From Podarcis filfolensis (lineage: Eukaryota): a DNA stretch of 64,000 nucleotides. The position numbers were made by a program, and so were the translations under genes. Positions 1 to 12,045 of the stretch are shown here, piece after piece (the first letter of the stretch is position 1; every line of letters starts with the position of its first letter). Where the stretch lies: assembly GCA_964270895.1 (NCBI GenBank), contig OZ185435.1. One strand, given 5' to 3'. A model generated the notes under the pieces. That model was not told where the DNA came from, ran no database searches, and saw nothing but the letters and a program-made list of their open reading frames with translations.

Positions 1-42
1 TGCAAGAAGGAAATGATGGGTTTGCATATCCTTACTTTATAC

Positions 43-178
43 CAGGCTTCCTCAACCTTGGCCCTCCAGATGTTTTTGGCCTACAACTCCCATGATCCCT
101 AGCTAGCAGGATCAGTGGTCAGGGATGATGGGAATTGTAGTTTCAAAACATCTGGAGGGCTGAGGTTGAGGAAGCCTG
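43..178. mobile_element. Palindromic non-autonomous hAT (Buster/Charlie-like) MITE
   Basis: TIR caggcttcctcaacc / ggttgaggaagcctg; perfect 8-bp TSD ctttatac (35-42, 179-186) with central TA; whole element is an imperfect hairpin. Confidence 0.9.
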
Positions 179-206
179 CTTTATACCTATAAATGGCTCT
201 AATACC

Positions 207-570
207 TAAAGGTAAAGGTACCCCTGCCCGTACGGGCCAGTCGTGTCCGACTCTAGGGTTGTGCGCCCATCTCACTTAAGAGGCCGGGGGCCAGTGCTGT
301 CCGGAGACACTTCCGGGTCACGTGGCCAGCGTGACGAAGCTGCTCTGGCGAGCCAGCACCAGCGCAGCACACGGAAACGCCGTTTACCTTCCCGCTATAA
401 AGCGGTACCTATTTATCTACTTGCACTTAGGGGTGCTTTTGAACTGCTAGGTGGGCAGGAGCTGGGACTGAAAGACGGGAGCTCACCCCGCCGCGGGGAT
501 TCGAACCGCCGACCATGCGATCGGCAAGTCCTAGGCACTGAGGTTTTACCCACAGCGCCACCCGCGTCCC
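207..570 (-). mobile_element. Sauria SINE (Squam1), near full length
   Basis: Minus strand starts GGGACGCGGGTGGCGCTGTGGG with a tRNA-like head (B-box ggttcgaatccc); (acctt)n-type tail seen as taaaggtaaagg on +; direct repeat aatacctaa at 201-209 and 575-583. Confidence 0.9.
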
Positions 571-1118
571 TTTCAATACCTAATCTAGTTTTAAATTTAA
601 AATACAGTGGCCTTGTGAGTTTCAGAATCTTGTGTTTGAAATCGCTCCCTCGTCTAATGCAATTTGTCACCTCTTGTTGTGATACAGGACTTTAAAAAAC
701 CCAGATTCATGTTCTATTCTGCCCTGAAATTAAGGAAAGAAAAAAATAGCCTGTGGTGACCTCATAGTCTAAGTTAGCTATGCACCAATTATGCGCATCA
801 GCTGGCTATTTAGCCTGTTCTCCAAAGTAAATCCCGGAGTGTAAATATACTAATTGCCGATGCTTTGAATGGAGAGCTGTCACCTGGACTCTCAGTTCTA
901 TTTAAAGAAAGTCAATGTAGCAGATGAGCACAGCGCTACTGAACCCAATTAATTTCCTACAATATATGTCTTTTGACTAGTTTACAGTTCATGTTTAATG
1001 GGCAATCAACTATTTATTACTGCTTCACTTCAATAGTCAGCCTTGAATAGAACTTCTGGTAGCTGTATCTCCAGCTAGCTGGACCAGGGAGGTGATTAAT
1101 GGCTCATTAGGAGATAGG

Positions 1119-1150
1119 GAGAGGGAGAGAGAGAGAGAGAGAGAGAGAGA
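1119..1150. repeat. (GA)n microsatellite
   Basis: Visible GA run. Confidence 0.9.
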
Positions 1151-1387
1151 ATGGTCCCTGAATGCCCCAAGGTTGCAGTGGCAAAGCCATTCCTTAAGAA
1201 ATATTCCCTGGATTCAGAAAATTTTAATAACTACCTGTTCATGAATGTCCCCTTCTGGGGCACAGTCCTTGAATAGGTGCTTAATAACCAGCTGCAGGCT
1301 CTTTCCCCTCTCAGCAGCAGAGGAACACGTTTCCAGTAACCTGCTTCTGTGAGGACAATGGGTGTTGTATTCTGCACCAGTTGCAAC

Positions 1388-1470
1388 TTCTAGATCAGAT
1401 ACAAGGGCATCTCCATATAAAGCCCATTACAATAATCAAATCTTGAAGTTACCAATGCTTTGGGGGAAGA
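1388..1470 (-). mobile_element. L2 LINE ORF2 fragment
   Basis: Translates to ALVTSRFDYCNGLYMEMP, resembling the L2 motif ALVTSRLDYCN. Confidence 0.6.
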
Positions 1471-4400
1471 CCGGAAATAGGGTATGACGTCAGTGACCCA
1501 CTCCCACACAAACACTGTTACTTCTTGGCAATTTCCAGTCCCCGCCCCCCTCCCGATTTTCAGGGAATATGTATGCATGTTTATGTTACTGAACTGTCCT
1601 ACATTTTAAAATTGGACCACATTTAGTTATAGGAACAGTTATGTAAGTCTCGGCTGAATTATGTCAGGTAACTTCATAAAAAAAAGGTGACAATGGCTCC
1701 CCTGTTGTAGTGGAATAATGATGAAAATAGAGCCTGCAATAGGTTATTGTGTTCAGCGAATGTATAAAATTGACTTAGGAGAGAACTTGAATGGATTTTT
1801 CAATACATCCTTGCTGGGTTGAATTCATGTACGCTAAATTAACTGTGAACTACACCTTTTAATGGCTTCGTGCTTCTCTGGATAAGTGTTAGCTGAGTGG
1901 GCCCAAGCATGGGAGCTGTTAAAAAACCCACTTTCGTTATTCCCCCCCCCCCAAGTTTACCTTACTCTTGTGTAAAACCAAATAATTCAGCAGGCCACAC
2001 ACTTGGACTGAATGCCAAAGAAAATTTATTTGAGCAGTCTATATGCTATCAGTTCCCTCAGCGAAACAACCTTAAAAATCAAAGAGATTCCTAAATAGTT
2101 ACCAAAAAATGCAGTCGAGACATAAATGCTTGAGACAGTATTGAGAAAGGGATTAAATGCTTTGGTTGCTAGGAAACATAGCAGGATAGCTTTTAAAGTC
2201 CTCGGCTCCATTGAACAATCAACTTTATCTTCAATTTATATATTTTTGTTTATTGTTCTTTAAGAAAGTGCAGTGTTCAGAGATCTTGTTTGTGAAGCTC
2301 TACATAAAGTCCGTACTTACAGCTCATAGCCAGTGTTTGAAACTGACCTAGAGCAAGATGCTCCCATTTATTCTCCCTCTGCCTTGGGGATAAAAGAGCA
2401 AGTATGAAAGTGGGCAGAAGCAGTTGTTCCTTCTCCTTGCTCCACTCACTCATTCACCCAGTTACTCACTCTCACTCTCTCGGCTAGAGGGAGATCACAG
2501 GTATAAAGGCAGAAATTGCAAGAGAAGCACCAGCGAGGTTAGGGTCTCTGGTCGTCAGATGTGCTGTGGACCCTCTTCTGAGGTGCATTGCACATATTAA
2601 TATTGTGCAGCATGAAGCAACTGGGTACATAAAAACTGACTTCTCTTGGACCCATAAGTATTACTCAGAGCTTTACTAACCAGAACTTCTTCAAAAACAG
2701 GTACAAAACAATCAGTGATACACCCAGAAAGTTGTATAATTCACATGCATATTCAAGCATAGGTTCATCTTCATATATATATATAAAACACTTAATTACG
2801 GTCAGCGTAAAAATCAAATCTTTGTCTCTCCCATAGCTTGCATTAACCTGCATCCAGCCTAAGGCTATACAGCTCCTGGAGAGCCATGATCACATCCTTT
2901 TGTTCTCTGTGGTGTCCAGGGAAAGACTAACTTGCAACTCCCTTCAAGATGGAGATTTGCAATTGAATACCTTAATCACATGATCTAAGGTTAAACACTC
3001 ACACGAAGGCTAGCAGAGAACACCAACAGTTAATTGTCAACTCAGAAGCTTAGAGAGTGCTCTTTCTAGCTTAGTATACTCAAATGGAATTTTCCAAAGT
3101 TAAACCTTTTACAACCCGCATACAGGCATTCTTCGTTTCAGTGTGCAATTAAACAATTATACTTAACAAGGTGTGGGCCTTGGCAGGAACCCAACTCTGT
3201 CAACCTCTGACACCAGCTCCAATACCTTGAAATAAAATTATAGCATCATGCAGCAATCACTCTTTTTACAAAAAGAGACTTGCGCCTTGAAATGCATATC
3301 TATGCAACAAACCAATAGTCATTTGGTGTAGAACCAGTGATTTCTCCAAAAGATCAGACTTTTGCAGTAAGGAAAGTGATGTGAAAATGTACTGGAAAGT
3401 GTGGGCATTTACACTTGCATTTACAAAACATCACCCAACCTTTCCTTAAAAGAAATCAGAATGAAGGCTCATTAAATAGCCAGTGTTGTCTAATCTCCCT
3501 GCAAGCAAATCAGGATGAAGGATCAATAAACAGGTCAAGTGGAAGTGCCCCAGGTCTTTTAGAGAGTGATTGTTTCTAAATAAGCTCTGCTTTTTACAGA
3601 AAGATAAATCATTGCCAGGTTGTTTTAAACTGAAAGGCATTTTCAATCTGCACAGTACATCTGTTTAAAAGAACTATCTTATCAAGTATCATCAGGAAAC
3701 TTGCAGCAAATAAATACACAGTAGGCCTTAGCAGTTAATGTCATATTTGTCACAGAATAGGCTGCTTACGTGTGCTGAAATAATTTTGGGAAAGTGTTTA
3801 TTTTTAAAAGACCAGGGATAGTGTTAACAAGAAAAGCTGTTTAGAAGCACTTCTCAAAAGAATGTTTTCACTCCAAAACATTAAAGAGCAGAAAGGGGTT
3901 GAGGTGGAATAGTTTAAAATAGAAGCACTGGTTTAAAAAGAGTGACTTTTGTTTTGCTTTCATCACATCCTGGTAATTATGATATTTCTTTTTATATTTT
4001 ATAAATAATTGGCTGCAAGATTCATTTTCTACAAAATGACCCAAACACCATTGTCACTTTATTTATTTACTTCATTTATGAATTGCTTCCCATAAAACAG
4101 CCCGAAACAATGTAATTGTCAGATGACAGATTTGGCAGATTTGGCCTTGTTCAGGCATTATGCCTTGATGCTTACAATCACATGTGGAACAGAACCTGCG
4201 ATGGCCTCATCCCTGTTGCCACACCCTGTTGCCAGGCCCCTACATGTTTTTTGGGGTGGGTGGAGTCTGAAGAGAGCAGTATGCTTTATGTGCATAGGCT
4301 TCCTGTGCCATTTAGAGAGTTCTAAACCATATGGAGATCCCTAGACATGTGAAGCATTGATCCCTTTCTGGGACTTTCCACCTCAACACATGGATGGAGG

Positions 4401-4548
4401 GGAGGAGGCCTGGCAGAGGGCTTTGGCTCAGCCCGTGACTGAAGTCTTCCTTTCCTCCACATGCAGCTGTAATCACACAATTATATAACAAGGCACAACA
4501 CATGAAGAGATCTGGCCTAGAGTCCTTCTGCGGTGGAATAATCACTGA

Positions 4549-4675
4549 AGAATCATAGAATTGTAGAGTTGGAAGGGGCCATGATGGTCATGTAGTCCAG
4601 CCCCCTACAATGCAGGAATCAAACCCACGACCCTGGAGATTAAGAGTCTTGTGCTCTACTGGCTGAGCTACCTGT
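4549..4675 (-). mobile_element. tRNA-Lys(CTT)-derived SINE with CR1-type tail
   Basis: Reverse complement reads gtagctcagcc-gtagagcacaagactcttaatctccagggtcgtgggttt, then a CR1-like tail ending attctatgattct. Confidence 0.75.
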
Positions 4676-5149
4676 CTGTCGACAACAAAATGGATATAAC
4701 CATTTATATGGGCATGCCTTTTAAACGTTTTGTGAGAGGGGGGAGGGGCGTTATTGGTTTGCTTTTGTTCATGTTTATATGATGAATTTTGCGATTTTTA
4801 TCTTGTCTTTTTATGTTGTGAACCACCCTGAGATATCCAGACGGAGGGCAGTATACAGATTTTATCAATAATACTGATAATAGTTTTGCCGCATCATTTT
4901 ATAAGTATGAATGTAGAAGTATTTGCAGTTATGCAAATACAGTTATATGTATTTTAATATGTATTTGTTCTTGCACTGGTTACTTTAGGAACCTGGAGGG
5001 TATATGACTATAATACGTTTATTATAGTAAAGTGAAAATTGTCCATACTTTTAGTGGCAACAATAAAAAGATAATAAGCCTCTCATGGTTATCAAGGAAC
5101 AAGTTGGAAATTGGGGGTGAGGATCTGAGTGGATAACTTCAATAGTAGT

Positions 5150-5284
5150 TTCTGATAGTTCAGTTGGTAGAGTATGAGACTCTTAATCTCAGGGTTGTGG
5201 GTTTGAGCCCCACATTGGGCAAAAAAATCCTGCATTGAAGGCGGTTGGATTTGATGACCCTCATGATTCTACTACTAAGATTGT
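5150..5284 (+). mobile_element. tRNA-Lys(CTT)-derived SINE with CR1-type tail
   Basis: gatagttcagttggtagagtatgagactCTTaatctcagggttgtgggtttgagccccacattgggc matches tRNA-Lys-CTT with substitutions; followed by aaaatcctgcattg..ttggat..gatgaccctc tail. Confidence 0.8.
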
Positions 5285-5403
5285 AAAAAAAAAAAAAAAA
5301 AATCCATCTCTAGAGCTTCCAGCCAATGGGAGCCAGTCATGTGCCACCCAGATGACTAGCTTTCTATTAGGGTATCCTGGGATGAAGGGAAGTGCCTCCC
5401 TTT

Positions 5404-5500
5404 CATAGAATCATAGCACTGTAGAGTTTGAAGGGGCCCCAAGGATTATCTAGTCCAAGCCCTTTCAATAGAGGAATCTTTTGCCCAATGTAGGGCTCTG
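5404..5500 (-). mobile_element. 3' part of the same tRNA-Lys/CR1-tail SINE, cut by a MITE
   Basis: catagaatcatag tail plus ttttgcccaatgtagggctc (tRNA T-arm end); stops at the TA target of the MITE. Confidence 0.65.
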
Positions 5501-5657
5501 TACAGTGGTACCTCAGGTTAAGTACTTAATTCGTTCCGGAGGTCCATTCTTAACCTGAAACTGTTCTTAACCTGAAGCACCACTTTAGCTAATGGGGCCT
5601 CCTGCTGCTGCCGCGCCGCCGGAGCACGATTTCTGTTCTCATCCTAAAGCAAAGTTC

Positions 5658-7447
5658 CCCCAAAGGGTGGCCAACTCTGTGTGGCATTCATTGACCTAAA
5701 GGCAGCATTCGATAGTATCTCCAGGAGCATCCTCTGGGAAAAACTCACCCGCTGGGGCATCGACAGAAGGCTTCTCTGGCTAATAATCAAACTCCATGAG
5801 AACTCAGCGGCTAGAGTGAGACTCACCCCGGAGGGCGATCTCACCAATTCAATTCCCATTAACAGAGGTGTCCGACAGGGTTGTATATTGGCTCCATTCC
5901 TGTTTAATTTGTTCATAAGCGACATGAGGACTCCCCTAATAGAGGCTCAAGAAAGGATTCATGCACCCCGCCTAGCACTTTATCGCTGCCCTTTGTTACT
6001 ATATGCGGATGACGCTGTCATCCTTTCTTTTTCTAGAGTAGGTCTTATGAGGGCCTTAAAAATTTTTGGATCATATTGTAATGCAAATTCCCTTACAATC
6101 AATTATGAGAAATCTAAAATTCTAATTTTCTCAAAGAGCCGGAAACTCCATAATTGGAGAATTGATGGGAGAGTCATCGAACAAGTCTATAGATTCCAAT
6201 ACTTGGGAGTTTGGTTACAACATAACCTTAGATGGAAGGCCCATGTAGCCTATGTTACAAATAGAGCCAAAGCTATCTCCTTGGCGATCTTGCGATTTTT
6301 CTTCACCGATGGGGCCCTTCATATCCCATCGGCGTTGAAAGTCTTCAAGGCCAAGGTGATCCCGACAATTGCTTATGCCATCTCAATTTGGGGGACTTTT
6401 GTCAACTTATCCCACCTAGAGGTTATTCAAAATCAGTTTTTAAGAGGGATATTGAAACTGCCCAACTGTGTAAGTAATACAGCGCTACGCATGGAACTTA
6501 ATATTGTATCCCTGGAAAACGCTCTGTGGAAGCACATACTTTGTCACTGGTTATCTCTATGGCACAATCTCCCAAACTTGTACTTGATACAATGCATGTG
6601 GAGAGATGATTTCCAGAGCCCATGGGTAAAAAATTTACAACTGAAAATTACGGCAATGGGAATCTCCCCATCCAAATTACTAGAGCAGGATATAGTTCCA
6701 GCCAAAAGAACAGTAACCTGTAAACTAGAGGAGATGGACTTGCAGCAGAAAATGGTCTTGGGCAATGGTACCTGCTCACCTCTAAACCTTGGTTTATTAC
6801 CCCTCTTAAGGCTCCCAAACTATTTGAATTCCTTAACTTCTTCGGCTCATAGATATGCTTTTGTAAAGGCAAGATTCAACACCTTCCCATCGAACGTGCT
6901 GAGAAATAGATTCTCCAATGGACAGATATCGCTCTTATGTGATTGTAATTGTGGGGCACCGGAATCGTTGCATCACATAATTTTTGATTGTGCATTTCAT
7001 TCATCGGCCAGGAGCAAGTTTCTTGCTCAGTATCTAAAGGGAATTGCCGATGATACAAATGAAGCCAAACTGAGATATCTACTAAATGATGATGACCCCT
7101 TAAGATCACTCATGGTTGCCAGATTCTTGATCAGCGTTCTATCCCTAAAGAAGAGAAACGGACTCCTGTGCGGCTCGGATAATCCCTCTAAACTATGATC
7201 TATGTTTTAGGATGTAATTAGGTGATATCACCATTGATGTCTTCTACTAATTTATGAGTAGAGGGCGATGTTTATGTTACAAATTTAGTGTAATGTATGA
7301 TGTTGGTCTTTTGTTTTATTTTGCTTTGGTTCTTGTCTGTTTTTTGTAAGTTTTGGCGGTTTTAAAATTGGAGTTTTAAGTACATTATGTTGGTATGGGA
7401 AACTGTTGTGTGATGGGCCAATGGCCGTAATAAAGTTCAATACAAAA
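5658..7447 (+). mobile_element. 5'-truncated non-LTR retrotransposon (LINE; RTE-X-like, clade tentative)
   Basis: 12-bp TSD aaagcaaagttc (5646-5657, 7448-7459); RT frame; AATAAA at 7429-7434, then caatacaaaa tail. Confidence 0.92.
5681..7198 (+). CDS. LINE ORF2 C-terminal part: reverse transcriptase plus CCHC zinc knuckle (no endonuclease; 5'-truncated)
   Basis: Motifs AFIDLKAAFDSI, GVRQGCILAP, YADD (6002-6013), FQYLGV and C-terminal CDCNCGAPESLHHIIFDC; 505 codons without a stop. Confidence 0.9.
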   Translation: MAFIDLKAAFDSISRSILWEKLTRWGIDRRLLWLIIKLHENSAARVRLTPEGDLTNSIPINRGVRQGCILAPFLFNLFISDMRTPLIEAQERIHAPRLALYRCPLLLYADDAVILSFSRVGLMRALKIFGSYCNANSLTINYEKSKILIFSKSRKLHNWRIDGRVIEQVYRFQYLGVWLQHNLRWKAHVAYVTNRAKAISLAILRFFFTDGALHIPSALKVFKAKVIPTIAYAISIWGTFVNLSHLEVIQNQFLRGILKLPNCVSNTALRMELNIVSLENALWKHILCHWLSLWHNLPNLYLIQCMWRDDFQSPWVKNLQLKITAMGISPSKLLEQDIVPAKRTVTCKLEEMDLQQKMVLGNGTCSPLNLGLLPLLRLPNYLNSLTSSAHRYAFVKARFNTFPSNVLRNRFSNGQISLLCDCNCGAPESLHHIIFDCAFHSSARSKFLAQYLKGIADDTNEAKLRYLLNDDDPLRSLMVARFLISVLSLKKRNGLLCGSDNPSKL

Positions 7448-7544
7448 AAAGCAAAGTTCTTAACCTGAAGCACTATTTCTGGGTTAGCGGAGTCTATAAC
7501 CTGAATTGTCCGTAACCTGAAGCGTATGTAACCCACCACTGTAG

Positions 7545-7930
7545 TTTCTTCCACTGTCAAACTGCTCTTACCATCAAAAGTTCTCCCTGATGTTTAGTCA
7601 GAATCACCTTTCTTCTGACTTGAACCCATTGGTTTGGGTCCTACTTGAAGGAAACAAGTTTGCTTCATCTTCCACGTGACAGCCCTGTTATATCACCCTT
7701 CAGTCCTTCCTTTTCCAAGCTAAACATACCCAGTTTCTTCAACTGTTCCTTATAAGTCTTGGTATCCAGATCCTTGGTCACCCTCCTCTGCGCACATTCC
7801 AACTTGTCATACTGCTTATTAAATAGAGGCGCTCAGAACCGGACACAGTACTCTAGGTGGGGTCTGATCAAGGCAGAATAGGTTGGCACGGTTACTTCCC
7901 TTGATCTGGATGCTGTACTTCTGTTGAATT
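7545..7930 (-). mobile_element. CR1 LINE 3' ORF2 fragment
   Basis: Typical antisense CR1 strings: aagctaaacatacccag, cagaaccggacacagtactctaggtggggtctga, acttcccttgatctgga. Confidence 0.7.
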
Positions 7931-10900
7931 GGGACCGTTGCTTCCTATGCCTCCAGGGAACACGAAAAGCTGCAGTTCAGCCGTGTCCCAGAATTGCGAA
8001 GGTAGTTATGCAATGAAAAGAGATTGCTCTCGGGTGGGGGCGGGAGGAAGCAGGTTAAAAGCTTCCTGTGAGAAGGCAGGATGTGGGAAATGTCTCTTTC
8101 TGATTTTGTATTCATATTGGTGCACACTGAAAAAAATGGAGGCAATGGCATTTTGTAGCTGGCCAGACACTGGACACAATTTAAAAGCTAGCACATCATT
8201 GGCTTGCCAGTTCTATCAGGCAGGAGAAAGAGGAAATAAATGGACAAAAGCTGCTCCTTCTTTAAAATAAATGTCTGTGATATTGCTGGAGAATTTTATG
8301 TATCCGCTGTGGCTTGCAGGGTGCAGAAGAAGCACTCGCTGCAACACCACTCAAGGAGTTTTCATGAAAGCAAAACCCTGTAAAACCAAGTGAAGCAAGA
8401 ATGCGTACCTTTCTAATCCGAGAGCTGCTTCAAGTTGCACTACTTAAACTATGCCTCTGGCGCCATCCATTTTTATTTGTATGGAAGCTGCTCTTCCACC
8501 GAGAGTACATCAAAGGCTAGCCCAAATAATCCGCAAAAGGATTTAATTATGAAGTCAGGCTCTAACCAAAACCAGACTCTGAGCAGTGCCATAGATTTCA
8601 GAGGGAGACCTCCGCACACACTTAAATCTCTCCCATTGCAACCAGCAGATTTAAGTCTTCTTGCTTTTCACTAGATCATGCCCTAGATTTTACCTCTGAG
8701 TTATTTATGCTAAGAATTCCAATGTATTCTTTCCCAAACACGACTGTGTGTGTTGTGCGGTGTGATATAAATTTGGGCACAAATGATGAGCCTTCTGTCG
8801 AAAGAAAAAACCCCACACATCTTAATATGTAAGTGCTGAGCACTTGATCTGTGGCCATCTTCAAAGGCCACGTAATAGAGACAGCAATAGTGAATATCAG
8901 TGCTTTTTTATTTTTATTTTTTACTCTTGCAGCTAAATTGCATATTCCTTTTGTGATGAAGGGTTAGGACCAAGCAACAGTTTTGTGGGGTTGGGATGGG
9001 GGAAAGCAATGAAACAACAGCCTGGAGTAATGTTTGAATGTGAGAACGATTAACCCAGACACAGATGAGGCTGCCACAAAATACATTTGTTAGCTGTTGT
9101 CTGTTTTGAAAGAGGAACAACAGTTCAAATCCAATAGTTATTTATTTATTTATTCATGGGTTTCCACAAAAAAGCCTCAAAGCGATTTACAAATCTATAG
9201 TTCACACAAATAAACAAATGCATTTTAAAAATAAAATGAAACTTGTTTTTTTAAAAAAACAAAAGTACCCCTCTCACAATCCTATAACAAGGACGGATTC
9301 TTTGTTCCTCTACTAGAAAACGAACACCAGAAGAACGTCAGAAATCAAACTGGAGTGTGATTCCAACTGGCCACTCTCTGCTGTGAATGATGCTAGGTTG
9401 TCTGGATTCATGCACTATAGCTCTGGCCTCAAGGTCCAGATTAGTCAGAAAACAAGAGACCCCCATCAAACAGGGTCTCTCATGCCAAAAACAATATCTT
9501 TTCATAGTCTCTTTTAGCATAATGTATGAAATGCAGAGCATTGTATGCAAAACAACCACAATTATCCTATGCAGAGCAGGAAAAGCAATTCTGGAAGAAG
9601 GGAAACAACCAAAAAGGTAAACAGGGAAACTCCTTTTCATCCTTTCTGGACATTAAATAAAACTTATGGGGGAAAATGAATTGAAATTTTCACTTCACTG
9701 CATCCAATATTACCTTTTCTTCTCTCTGTTGTCTTTAATAAGGGCAAGATTTCATCCTTGGTTGCAGACTCAGGAAGTTAAAAACATTGAACCTTACAGA
9801 TTGCATTTTGCTGGGAGCACTTGTCTGTCACCGTCTCATTTACAGTCTGTTGAAACAAGGAAGACAAAGGTTGTTACATGGCTGTATCTGTTTTATAGGC
9901 TTTCTTTCTAATTATGCCTTTCCTCCTTTGTCGCTTGCTTTGTGGAAAGCAAAATCTGCCCTTCTTTTCCTTGGAGAGGTCTTGCTGCCAATAATATATA
10001 CACAGATATCTTCTCAAGTTAGGAGACCTCTAACTCTGCGGGCATTATTAGAAATCCAACAGAGAGGCAAAAAGAAAAAAAGTAAAGAAAAAAAGTAGCT
10101 GTGTATTTCTTTCAGGGGGAATTTCTCCTCACCGCTCTCCCCACACCCCCTGTTCTTCAGATATCTGAGTTTTGACTCCTCTTTTCAAGTGTCATTTCCT
10201 GAAGAGATAAAAAGACTAGAGCAAGACTGCAGGGATGGACATTTATGATGGTGTAAGAAGCCTTGCAGAAGGTAGGATATTTTGTATATTGCGCAAAAGC
10301 CCTTCTTATGCATGCCACTAACAGAGCCTCTTTGTATTTGGATAGGTTGTAATGGAAGCAGGCATTTCTTCAGATATTTGGGGCCAAAGATATTTGGTAA
10401 CCCAAGCATAGAAAGAACTTTTAAGCACTCTGCCTTGCTTGGGAGTAAGGCCCTCTTGGTGTGCTGGCTCCAGAAGACTAGGGATGCTTGTGCAAGAACT
10501 TGTGGGAACTCAGGCAGCCCCGTGAGATCACGGAAGAACATCCCAGAACCAGTGTGCCAAGAGGGCTTTGATTCCCAAGCAAGGCAGAGAACTCTAAAGC
10601 TTTTTATGTGCCCTGAAAACCCAGTGCAAAAAGAGCTTTTAAGCTCTATGGTTTGCTTACACTTAATTTGCAGACCTTCAGCCAGCCAACCCTCAGTGGA
10701 ATATGGTTGAAATTGCGTGAGTTAAATGGACATAAGATGCGGATGATCTGCATTAAAAAGGCAAACACCATGTTGTACTATATTTCTGAAGCATAATTTT
10801 ATAAGCATATTGGTGCACATGCCCACTTGACCGCTTCAAGCTGCAGAACTGCCACTGTTACAGCTGCCACATCACACTCATTCTGCATTTATAAGAAATA

Positions 10901-11959
10901 GATATTTTAGTGTGGCAGCACCTACACCTTTGAACTCCCTGCCTGTTGATCTCAGGCAGGTTCCTTCACTGTACCCTTTTTGCTGCCTGCTTAAAAAAAA
11001 CCACATTTTTGTTTAGACAAGTCTGCCCAAATATGTAAAACTTCCCACAGCCCTTAAATTTATTGAAAGGTTGTAAAGGTCCTGAAAATTTGTACCAACA
11101 TGCTACAGAATTTCAAAAGCTGCTTATATTGTTTGCTTGAATAAATTAAAATATCTGAGGGAAGAGTGCAGTGTTTTGTGAATAAAGACTGTGCTAACAG
11201 ACTATGCTGTGAGTGTCAGTTCCACACCACTTGAGCTGTGGGGCTACTTGAGCTGTGAATTAGAACCTGAATATGGATGCTTCTCTGAATGAAAAAAGAG
11301 ACTAAAAATTCTTAAAATGACTTATTTATGGATGCATATTCCCATACTTGAAGACATGTTACTATGGAAACTCTGTTTTAGAAGCTTAGAGATTATTGTT
11401 TTGATTTAAATTGGAGTGCAATATCCAGCTTCTTTAATATAGCTGCCTCTCCCAGTCCCTTAGTGTATTCTGTGGTAAATTGTAGAACTGCAATGATCAC
11501 TCTGAGTGTCTTAATTTCTGTAGAAGCTCCTTCTATGATTCAGCATATTGATCTGGAAAAGGTACACAACAGGATCCACAGAAAGCAGGTATCTGTTAAA
11601 TTTAAGGGTCCTTCCTTCCCAGAAAGGGGGAGGGACCCTACTTCTCTTTAAACACCTGAGCATCTGAGGCCTTCCCAACAGAAACTCTTCAGGTTAAGTA
11701 TGACATCATGTTTACCTCAGTGGATAAGAATACTACACTGTGACAGATTACAATGTAGGCATTGTATCCAACGGTGTCTTTCAGCTAATGGCAGTGATAG
11801 GAGAGAAATAAGTTCAGTTTGCATTTTAATTCCACTTAATTCACACTTAAAAAAAAGTTTTTAAAACTTTTATTTATTATTGTCAGAACAATATTTCTAT
11901 ATGGGGAGCTTATTGGGTTGTTTTTATTTTGATTATATATTTTGTGGTTTTATATTCAG

Positions 11960-12045
11960 ATTTTGTTCTGTGAACCGCCCTGAGACCTCCGGGTATAGGG
12001 CAGTATATAAATTAAATAACACATAAATAAATAAATATCAAAACA
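11960..12045 (+). mobile_element. L2 LINE 3' tail
   Basis: tgtgaaccgccctgag..ggtatagggcagtatataaat followed by (AAAT)n; a similar tail lies at about 4815-4875. Confidence 0.6.

Larger units (their letters stand above)
5503..7541. mobile_element. Tigger/pogo-like (Tc1/mariner) MITE split by a LINE insertion
   Basis: TA|cagtggtacctc at left, damaged accactg|TA at right; halves 5503-5657 and 7460-7541 rejoin into an inverted copy of the MITE at 61648-61878. Confidence 0.85.

Noticed and set aside
243-695. 150-aa ORF
   Set aside because: Mostly the antisense strand of a Sauria SINE; no protein motif
2502-2508. TATAAAG as a core promoter
   Set aside because: No supporting first exon, CpG island or downstream gene could be linked to it
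5150-5222. tRNA-Lys(CTT) gene
   Set aside because: Several stem-breaking substitutions, continues into a CR1-type tail and has dispersed sibling copies: a SINE head, not a tRNA gene
8675-8828. Exon-like segment (cactag|...|gtaagt) encoding HALDFTSELFMLRIPMYSFPNTTVCVV..., faintly like A2ML1 exon 2
   Set aside because: Similarity limited to a few residues, intron phases do not match A2M exon 2, and it is 54 kb from the A2M exon
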